A stretch of DNA of 64,000 bases. Origin: Lachnospiraceae bacterium. GTDB lineage: Bacteria; Bacillota; Clostridia; Lachnospirales; Lachnospiraceae. Both the position numbers and the translations under genes were made by a program. Below the pieces are notes generated by a model. It was not told the origin of the DNA and did no database searches. It saw only the letters and a list, made by a program, of their open reading frames with translations. Positions 29,322-36,668 of the stretch are shown one piece after another (position 1 is the first letter of the stretch; every line of letters begins with the position of its first letter). The stretch covers positions 20,310 to 84,309 of the forward strand of contig JAFSIQ010000007.1 in the NCBI GenBank assembly GCA_017439675.1, written 5' to 3'.

Positions 29322-30923
29322 ATGAAATTAACATTTATTGGAGCGGATCATGAGGTGACTGGAAGCTGTCACTGCTTACAGGCATGCGGAAAGAATATCT
29401 TAGTGGATTGTGGTATGGAGCAAGGACCTGATATTTATGAAAATCAGGAATTGCCGATGAGTCCATCCGATGTGGATTACATATTGTTAACCCATGCACA
29501 TATTGACCATTCTGGATTGGTTCCACTGATGTATGCTAAGGGATTTAGGGGTCAGGTGTATACCACTAAGGCAACAACAGATTTGTGTAACATTATGCTT
29601 CGTGATAGTGCACACATACAGGAGTTTGAAGCAGAATGGCGTAATCGAAAGGCTCGTAGAGCCGGTGAACCAGAATTTATCCCACTGTATAGTATGGATG
29701 ATGCTATTGGGGTGTTGGAGCTTTTTGTTCCTTGTGAATATGATAAGAAGATTCCTTTGGATGAGGGAATTGAGATACGTTTTGAGGATGTAGGACATTT
29801 GCTTGGTTCGGCGAGTATCGAAATATGGATGACAGAAGGGGATGTTACCAAGAAGATTGTATTCTCTGGAGATATCGGTAATATGAATCAGCCGATTTTG
29901 AAGGATCCAACTTATGTGAAGGAAGCGGACTATGTAGTTATGGAGTCTACTTATGGCGATAGAAGCCACGGAGGAACACCGGACTATGTGGCAGAGCTCA
30001 GTAAGATTATTAAGGAGACTTTCGACCGTGGTGGTAATGTGGTGATTCCATCCTTTGCAGTGGGTAGAACGCAGGAGTTGTTATACTTCATCCGTAAGAT
30101 TAAGTATGATAATATGATTCCAGAGTATAGTGGATTTGAAGTGTATGTGGATAGTCCGTTGGCTGTGGAAGCGACTAATATTTTTAACAAGAATGTGGAG
30201 AACTGTTTTGATGATGAGGCAATGGAATTGATTCGACAGGGAATCAATCCAATTTCCTTCCCGGGACTTAAGACATCCGTTACTAGTAACGATTCGAAAG
30301 CGATTAATTTCGACAATAAGTCCAAGGTGATTATTTCTGCATCCGGTATGTGTGAGGCTGGTCGTATTCGCCATCATTTAAAGCACAATTTGTGGAGAGA
30401 AGACAGTACGATTCTCTTTGTAGGATACCAAGCCCATGGAACTCTTGGAAGAAGTATACTAGAAGGTGCCACTAGTGTAAAGTTGTTTGGTGAACAGATT
30501 GAGATTAAGGCGAAGATTATAAAGCTTGATGGTATTAGTGGTCATGCGGATCAAGAAGGGTTGCTTCGTTGGTTGCATGCATTTGAGCCAAAGCCAAAGG
30601 TGTTTGTTGTTCATGGCGAGGATTTGGTGTGCGAGCATTTTAAGAGCATGATACAGGATGAAGGATATGATGCAATGGCACCATTTTCCGGTGCAGAATA
30701 TGACTTGGCTGAGGATATGTTAATGTTTCCTGGTATTTCTGCGAAGAAAGAAAAGGTTCGTGTTAGTCATAAGGCACATCGAGCACAGGCCATTTTTGAC
30801 CGATTGGTTGCAGCGGGTAATCGGTTACTTACGGTTATTGCCCATAACAAGGGTGGAACCAATAAAGATTTAGTTAAGTTTACAAATCAGATTAACAGTC
30901 TTTGTGACAAATGGGATCGATAG
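29322..30923 (+). CDS. MBL-fold metallo-hydrolase with beta-CASP / RNA-metabolising domain
   Basis: HAHIDHSG (HxHxDH) motif, later GDIGN.. and ISGHAD blocks. 533-aa length fits CPSF73-like bacterial nucleases. Confidence 0.8.
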   Translation: MKLTFIGADHEVTGSCHCLQACGKNILVDCGMEQGPDIYENQELPMSPSDVDYILLTHAHIDHSGLVPLMYAKGFRGQVYTTKATTDLCNIMLRDSAHIQEFEAEWRNRKARRAGEPEFIPLYSMDDAIGVLELFVPCEYDKKIPLDEGIEIRFEDVGHLLGSASIEIWMTEGDVTKKIVFSGDIGNMNQPILKDPTYVKEADYVVMESTYGDRSHGGTPDYVAELSKIIKETFDRGGNVVIPSFAVGRTQELLYFIRKIKYDNMIPEYSGFEVYVDSPLAVEATNIFNKNVENCFDDEAMELIRQGINPISFPGLKTSVTSNDSKAINFDNKSKVIISASGMCEAGRIRHHLKHNLWREDSTILFVGYQAHGTLGRSILEGATSVKLFGEQIEIKAKIIKLDGISGHADQEGLLRWLHAFEPKPKVFVVHGEDLVCEHFKSMIQDEGYDAMAPFSGAEYDLAEDMLMFPGISAKKEKVRVSHKAHRAQAIFDRLVAAGNRLLTVIAHNKGGTNKDLVKFTNQINSLCDKWDR

Positions 30924-30928
30924 ATAAA

Positions 30929-30971
30929 TTCAACTTGGATTGGTACATTTGATGTGCCAATCCAAGTTGAA
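30929..30971 (+). terminator. 15-bp perfect hairpin after the MBL gene (terminator-like, weak U-tract)
   Basis: TTCAACTTGGATTGG (30929-30943) pairs with CCAATCCAAGTTGAA (30957-30971). No clean T-run follows. Confidence 0.4.
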
Positions 30972-31021
30972 TAAGATGCAATAGTCTGATAAAAATTGGA
31001 TGAGATTAAGAGGGTTTTATA

Positions 31022-34000
31022 ATGAATACACGCAAGAGAATTGCTGTTTTGGTAGGACAGGCAGAGGAAAACTATCAACAATTATTCATAGAAGGATTTT
31101 TGAAACAGGCATTTGAGTTTAATTATGATGTCTGTGTATTTGCCATGTATCAAAAGTATCAGGAGACGACGGCACGAGAAGTGGGCGAATCTACCATTTT
31201 TTCGTTGATTAATTATGATAAGTTTGATGCATTTGTTGTATTGCTTGATACCTTACAAACTCCTCTTGTTGCAAAGAGTATTGAGGATAGCATTAAAGAG
31301 AATTTTTCTGGACCGGTATTGTGCATTGACAAAGAAAGTAAGTATTTTTCTACCATTATGACAGACCATTATACTCCAGTGAAGAAATTGATTTCACATT
31401 TGATTGAGCATCATGGTTATCAGGATATTGCATATTTGACAGGTAAGAAATGGCATATTCATTCAAAAGAACGATTGAAGGCATATGAGGATTGTATGAG
31501 GGAACACAATCTTCCAGTCAAAGAGAACCGTATTTTTTATGGTGATTTCTGGTACAGTAGTGGCGAAACGATGGTGGAGAAATTGCTAAAGGATAGAGAA
31601 CATATGCCGAGAGCTATAGCGTGTGCCAATGATTGTATGGCTATTGGTGTAGCAAAAGCATTAGAGGCGAATGGATTTCATATACCGGAGAATGTGGCAG
31701 TGATTGGTTATGATTCCACGGAAGAAGGTAAGATGAGTCCTATTCCAATTACGTCTACACCAATTCCGGCAAAGGCTTGTGGAAAGCATACCGCAATTTG
31801 CGTGAATGCCATTTTTGAAGGGCGTCCAATGCCTGAATTTGAGGCAGAAGTAGATTTGTTTATCGGTAGTACCTGCGGTTGTCATAATGAAAGCATGGTG
31901 CCGAAGCTTCAATTGAGACAGCAGTGGGAAACAGATATATCTGTAACTGGTTTTTATTCTTGTTTCAATCATATGATGGAGGATTTGCTGTCTAAGTCTG
32001 ATTTTAAGGATGTGATGAATACCATATTTTCTTATGTATATCAGATCCGTGAATTTGAGAGCTTTGATTTGTGTCTGAATTCCCAATGGGGAGATTCCTC
32101 TACCCTAGTGAGTAAGGATGCAAATTGGGATGGATATACAGAGCGTATGTTACATATTCTTCATTGTGGAAGAAAGGGAACAGGCAAGGATAGGCTTGCG
32201 TTTGATTCTTATTTTTCTCGTAATGAGTTGTTGCCAGATTTGGAAGAAGATAGGGATGTGCCAAGGGCATTTTTCTTCACACCAATGCATTTTGAAGAAC
32301 GTTGTTTGGGATATGCGGTGATTAGCTATGGAAATGAGATTCGTACATACGATGACACTTATCGCTTATGGCTTCGAAGTGCAATGCAAGGCTTGGAGTG
32401 TTTTAGAAGAATTGAAGAATTACAGGTAAGCAATCAATTACTACAATCTAGTCAGATTCGAGACAGTTTAACAGGTCTGTATAATTATCAGGGGTTGTTG
32501 CAACAGGCGGAAGGCTATTTTAAAAATAATGCAACGCGTTATGTCAGTGCAATTGCAATTGATATTAAAGGGCTTTCTGCTATCAACGAACAGTATGGTA
32601 GAGAAAATGGTAATCTTGCAATACAGACAGTTGCAGAAGAGTTGAAGAAGTCCGTAGAAACGGGGTTGGTTTGTCGGCTTGGTAATGGGGAGTTTGTGGG
32701 AGTGATTGTTTCAGGACGTGCAGACAAAGAGGGTATTTTTGATATAAGGGATCATATTGTGGAGCATCTGGGTGCAGTGCATGATTTGACTTTTGATTTA
32801 GCGGTGTATTCTGGCTGTGACGTTCGAGAGGTTAGTACGAAGGAAGAATTTGAGAGAACCATTAATATGGCGGTTAGTCAAAAGAATGGTAATAAGATCA
32901 GTGAGCGTAAGATGCTGAATAGTGAAGTTCTTTCCGATGAGGAAAAGAAAGAAGCAGCTGTGGTTCAAGATATTTTGAATGAGAATCGTTTCTACTATCA
33001 TTTCCAACCAATTGTCAGCGCCAAGACAGGAGATATTTTCTCATACGAGGCATTGATGCGAGCGGATGTGACACCATTTATGTCACCGCTTAAAATTTTA
33101 AAATATGCCGAGCATTTGGAACGTTTGTATGATGTGGAGCGGTTGACGTTTTTTAACGTGTTAGATTTTGTTCATGACAATCAGGACGTATTTCAGGAGA
33201 AAAAGGTATTTATCAATTCTATTCCAGGTAACCGATTGATTGGTGAGGATGAGAAACTTTTGGAAACTAAGATGTTAGCGCATTCCGGTAGTGTGGTTGT
33301 GGAACTTACAGAACAGACAGAGTTGGCGGATGATGAGTTGGCAGCAATGAAAGCTAGTTATGCCCGGATGGGTATTCAAACAGCGGTTGATGATTACGGT
33401 ACGGGGTATTCGAATGTAACCAATTTGTTGCGCTACATGCCCAATTATGTAAAGATTGACCGCATGTTGCTTTCCGAAATTCAAGATAGTCCGCAGAAGC
33501 AGCATTTTGTGCGAGAGATTGTGGAGTTTGCCCATGACAATGACATATGGGCATTGGCAGAAGGTGTGGAAACCTCTCAGGAATTACAGATGGTAATTCA
33601 CCTTGGTGTAGATTTGATTCAGGGTTATTATACGGCAAAGCCGTCGAAGGAAATTATTGCGGAGATTCCGTTTGAAATTAAGGAAGAGATTGTGCGTTAC
33701 CATCAACAAGAGCTAGATGACAAACGTCGCAAGGTCTATGTTGCAGGTAAGGAGGGCAGAATTTCCCTTGCCAAACTAGTTGCTGACAAGTATGAAAGTA
33801 TAGAGGTTGTATCTGGTGAGACGACATATCGTGATGTAACAATCTCGGGAGTTCCTGGAATGGAATCGGATATCTGGCTGAACATTAAAGATGGATATCA
33901 AGGAAGAATCGTACTTGATAACGTAAGTTTTCATGGTAAGAAACAGAATGCATGTGTTCAGATTGGTGAAGGCTGTGATGTGGTATTAGTCCTTGAAGGA

Positions 34001-34807
34001 GATAACCAATTTGAGGATGGTGGTATTCGCGTTCCGGAGACTTCTAGGTTAACCTTAGAAGGTGACGGAGATTTGACAATTCAGGTTACTAGTGATGATG
34101 GATTTGGAATTGGTAACGATTTGAATAGCACTCATGGTATATTGGAATTTGAACAGGATGGTTGCATTGCGATTCATGGTAGTGGTTACCAAGGTGTTGG
34201 TATTGGTTCTGGTAAAGGGGGAGAGATTTTAATACAACGAGGCAAATATGCAATTGATTTTATCGGCGAATCGGGTGTAGGTATTGGTGCGCATCACGGG
34301 GATGTGAATATTGTTGTCAATGCATGTAATATGAGTTTGAAAATGGGTACGACCAACAATGTAGGTATAGGTTCTATGACTGGTAATACAAAAGTGTCGA
34401 TTAAGCATATTTTATTGCGTGCTATATCCGGCGGAACCGTTAGTGTAGGTATTGGAAGCTTGACTGGAGAGAATTCTGTAATTTCCATTGCCAATGCTAA
34501 TTTGAATATGAATTTGCGTGCACAAAAGCTCTGTGCATTAGGACTTGGAGTACATTCCTCTATCCTTGAGGTTAAGGAGAGTGAAGTGGTGATTAAGGGT
34601 GAAGGTCGAGAGGCTATCGCTATGGGTAACTATGAAGGCACCGGTCAGTTGCAAATCATCAACACTGATGTGGACAGCCAGTTGAAGACAGGTATGTCTT
34701 ATGATATTGGTGCTGCTGATTCTGATATTTGTATTTCCAATGGTCGTTGTCTGTTTATGCTGAATGGAGCGGAGATTGTGCGTGTGACACAAGAAGGAGA
34801 ATTGTAA
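31022..34807 (+). CDS. cytoplasmic PBP(LacI-type sugar-binding fold)-GGDEF(degenerate)-EAL protein with repeat-rich C-terminal domain
   Basis: No TM helix. N-terminal ~290 aa resemble a LacI-family ligand-binding domain without the HTH. GGDEF site reads GNGEF. EAL motifs are intact (YEALMR, INSIP, ELTE, DDYGTGYSN, KIDR, EGVE, QGYY). The last ~360 aa are GIG-type repeats. Confidence 0.85.
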   Translation: MNTRKRIAVLVGQAEENYQQLFIEGFLKQAFEFNYDVCVFAMYQKYQETTAREVGESTIFSLINYDKFDAFVVLLDTLQTPLVAKSIEDSIKENFSGPVLCIDKESKYFSTIMTDHYTPVKKLISHLIEHHGYQDIAYLTGKKWHIHSKERLKAYEDCMREHNLPVKENRIFYGDFWYSSGETMVEKLLKDREHMPRAIACANDCMAIGVAKALEANGFHIPENVAVIGYDSTEEGKMSPIPITSTPIPAKACGKHTAICVNAIFEGRPMPEFEAEVDLFIGSTCGCHNESMVPKLQLRQQWETDISVTGFYSCFNHMMEDLLSKSDFKDVMNTIFSYVYQIREFESFDLCLNSQWGDSSTLVSKDANWDGYTERMLHILHCGRKGTGKDRLAFDSYFSRNELLPDLEEDRDVPRAFFFTPMHFEERCLGYAVISYGNEIRTYDDTYRLWLRSAMQGLECFRRIEELQVSNQLLQSSQIRDSLTGLYNYQGLLQQAEGYFKNNATRYVSAIAIDIKGLSAINEQYGRENGNLAIQTVAEELKKSVETGLVCRLGNGEFVGVIVSGRADKEGIFDIRDHIVEHLGAVHDLTFDLAVYSGCDVREVSTKEEFERTINMAVSQKNGNKISERKMLNSEVLSDEEKKEAAVVQDILNENRFYYHFQPIVSAKTGDIFSYEALMRADVTPFMSPLKILKYAEHLERLYDVERLTFFNVLDFVHDNQDVFQEKKVFINSIPGNRLIGEDEKLLETKMLAHSGSVVVELTEQTELADDELAAMKASYARMGIQTAVDDYGTGYSNVTNLLRYMPNYVKIDRMLLSEIQDSPQKQHFVREIVEFAHDNDIWALAEGVETSQELQMVIHLGVDLIQGYYTAKPSKEIIAEIPFEIKEEIVRYHQQELDDKRRKVYVAGKEGRISLAKLVADKYESIEVVSGETTYRDVTISGVPGMESDIWLNIKDGYQGRIVLDNVSFHGKKQNACVQIGEGCDVVLVLEGDNQFEDGGIRVPETSRLTLEGDGDLTIQVTSDDGFGIGNDLNSTHGILEFEQDGCIAIHGSGYQGVGIGSGKGGEILIQRGKYAIDFIGESGVGIGAHHGDVNIVVNACNMSLKMGTTNNVGIGSMTGNTKVSIKHILLRAISGGTVSVGIGSLTGENSVISIANANLNMNLRAQKLCALGLGVHSSILEVKESEVVIKGEGREAIAMGNYEGTGQLQIINTDVDSQLKTGMSYDIGAADSDICISNGRCLFMLNGAEIVRVTQEGEL

Positions 34808-34884
34808 TCTCCAGTTTGGCAGACGAAGTCTGTAATGTAAAAATGATATAGAAAGCGAAATAAGTGCCAGTGACAAAAATAATT

Positions 34885-34947
34885 GAGAGGAAGCCCCTTA
34901 TCTGCAAGCTATTACTTGTAGATAAGGGGCTTCCTCTCTTTGTTTTG
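34885..34947. terminator. bidirectional rho-independent terminator between convergent genes
   Basis: About 24-bp stem (GAGAGGAAGCCCCTTATCTGCAAG / CTTGTAGATAAGGGGCTTCCTCTC), A-run before and T-run after. Confidence 0.85.
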
Positions 34948-34975
34948 CCTCATAGAAAGTCTGTTGAAACGTTCA

Positions 34976-36226
34976 TTAGACATGCATATGCGATTGATCT
35001 AAATGGTTGACCGGAAGATATACGGGCAAACCATCTTTGTAATTCACAGTTGGTTCGCCAATAATCAATGGTGCCATATAGTTATATAATTCTTGTGTGA
35101 TGTCATTGCCAGCATTGTTAATCCATTCTCTAGGGATGGATTTCGCTTCGTTGGCAATTCCATCGATATCTGCGGTTCCGATTTCAATCGTGTAAGGTTG
35201 TTCTGAAACACGATTCAATGTGAGCATGCATTTGCTCTTGCCTGCTAATGCATATTCTACAGCGTGAGAACCAAGAGAAAAGGATTCGTTGATATCTGTA
35301 AGAGATGAAATGTGAGCGGCACATCGCTGTAATACATTCAACTCGATGGAACGAACCTTGACGCCGATGGAGTCCTTTACAAGCTGTTCTAAGCACTTTC
35401 CGGTACCACTAAGCTGGGAGTGACCGAACTGGTCGTTGGCAGCAGTTGTGGCACTGATATAGTTGCCCTCTTTATCTCGAATACCTTCAGAAACAGCAAC
35501 GATAACATTGTTGCGCGTTTCTAACTGTATCTTCACATCTTCAATAAACTGTTCTGTGTCAAATGCCACCTCTGGGAAGTAGATTAAATGTGGTGCACTG
35601 TTGTAATCATTTCTGGCAAGTGCAGAAGCGGCAGTCAGCCAACCAGCATCTCGTCCCATAATTTCTACGATGGTTACACTCTTTACGCTGTAGATAAAGG
35701 TGTCATGTGCAACCTCAAGAATGGATGATGCAACATACTTAGCAGCGGAACCATATCCCGGTGTGTGGTCTGTAATGCACAAATCATTATCAATGGTTTT
35801 GGGAATACCGATAATGCGAACATCACTGCCAATCTGCTCTCCGTAATGGCTTAGTTTCAATACGGTGTCCATGGAATCATTTCCACCAATGTAGAAAAAG
35901 GCACCTACGTTATATTTTTCGAATTGTTTGAATATAAATGAATAGGTGTTTGCATCGGTCTCATAGCTAGGAAGCTTATAGCGACAGGAACCTAAGTACA
36001 TTGCCGGACTGATTTTCAATGTATCGATAAAATTAGGATTAGTTGCAACCTGGTCACTTAAGTTCATCAGGTTATCCTCAAGGATACCAAGGATACCATA
36101 AATGGAGCCGTACACCGTTTCGTATGCATCATTCTTCACAGTAGCATCCACCACACCTGCAAGGCTTGCGTTGATGGCAACGGTTGGTCCACCAGACTGG
36201 GCTACAATAACATTTTTCTTTGACAT
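34976..36226 (-). CDS. pfp: 6-phosphofructokinase, PPi-dependent-type signature
   Basis: MSKKNVIVAQSGGPTVAINASL N-terminus. GGNDS where E. coli PfkA has GGDGS (Asp at the position-104 equivalent) and IPKTIDND (Lys at the position-124 equivalent). AAAGGAG RBS. Confidence 0.85.
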   Translation of the reverse strand: MSKKNVIVAQSGGPTVAINASLAGVVDATVKNDAYETVYGSIYGILGILEDNLMNLSDQVATNPNFIDTLKISPAMYLGSCRYKLPSYETDANTYSFIFKQFEKYNVGAFFYIGGNDSMDTVLKLSHYGEQIGSDVRIIGIPKTIDNDLCITDHTPGYGSAAKYVASSILEVAHDTFIYSVKSVTIVEIMGRDAGWLTAASALARNDYNSAPHLIYFPEVAFDTEQFIEDVKIQLETRNNVIVAVSEGIRDKEGNYISATTAANDQFGHSQLSGTGKCLEQLVKDSIGVKVRSIELNVLQRCAAHISSLTDINESFSLGSHAVEYALAGKSKCMLTLNRVSEQPYTIEIGTADIDGIANEAKSIPREWINNAGNDITQELYNYMAPLIIGEPTVNYKDGLPVYLPVNHLDQSHMHV

Positions 36227-36270
36227 GAATGTTCTCCTTTGTATGATTATTTCCTAAGATTTCATTCATT

Positions 36271-36299
36271 ATGATACTTTATGCAGTATTAAATTTCAA
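36271..36299 (-). promoter_or_regulatory. sigma-A-type promoter for pfk (TTGAAA-17-TATCAT)
   Basis: Minus strand: TTGAAA = complement of 36294-36299, TATCAT = complement of 36271-36276. Confidence 0.45.
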
Positions 36300-36310
36300 G
36301 GAATATTTTC

Positions 36311-36339
36311 TTGTGTTTTATATACATGTGGTGTATAAT
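36311..36339 (+). promoter_or_regulatory. sigma-A-type promoter (TTGTGT-17-TATAAT)
   Basis: TTGTGT 36311-36316, 17-nt spacer, TATAAT 36334-36339. It drives the long leader ahead of the SpoIID-like gene. A second TATAAT at 36385-36390 lacks a good -35. Confidence 0.5.
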
Positions 36340-36391
36340 TTATTTATATTTAACGTGAATATAATTTTACGTTAAAGCAAAAGATATAATT

Positions 36392-36575
36392 GTAGAACTT
36401 CTGGGGTGTGCGACAACTCTTGTTATTTTGAACCTACATTTATTTTTATGGGATACCGATATTTATGAGCGGATGTCAAGCCTGCTTTGACTGGAAGGCA
36501 GATTCTCATGTGAGGTCACCCACCTAGCTAGGCTAGGACTCAAAATGCAGGAACCGGCACTACTGGTTGTTCTAC
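36392..36575 (+). ncRNA. candidate structured RNA, 6S RNA-like rod with central bubble
   Basis: Hand-folded as one long irregular hairpin of about 184 nt and about 60 bp. Closing stem 36392-36398/36569-36575. Long helix 36418-36436/36534-36552, including UUUUGA/UCAAAA. Internal bubble 36437-36449 vs 36522-36533. Apical hairpin 36465-36509. No covariance-model search done. Confidence 0.4.
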
Positions 36576-36591
36576 TATTGGAAAGATGAAT

Positions 36592-36647
36592 GAAGCAGCA
36601 TTAGATAACGGAGCATATAGGTTTCGTTGGAATGCTGCTTTCTTTAG
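36592..36647 (+). terminator. terminator/attenuator-like hairpin immediately before the SpoIID-like RBS
   Basis: AAGCAGCATT (36593-36602) pairs with AATGCTGCTT (36631-36640), inner AACG/CGTT, then TCTTT. The RBS GAGGAAAGGAG starts about 6 nt later. Confidence 0.5.
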
Positions 36648-36668
36648 TGATAGAGGAAAGGAGTACCG

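Noticed and set aside
36392-36575. Alternative identities for the structured leader: SRP RNA, c-di-GMP-I/II, ZTP, TPP, SAM or other riboswitches
   Set aside because: The short match AAGGCAGAU to E. coli 4.5S RNA is isolated. The GGAA-tetraloop/AGCAGCC helix-8 core is missing, and I could not find the signature sequences of the riboswitch classes I checked from memory. The overall rod shape fits 6S better, though that is still unproven.
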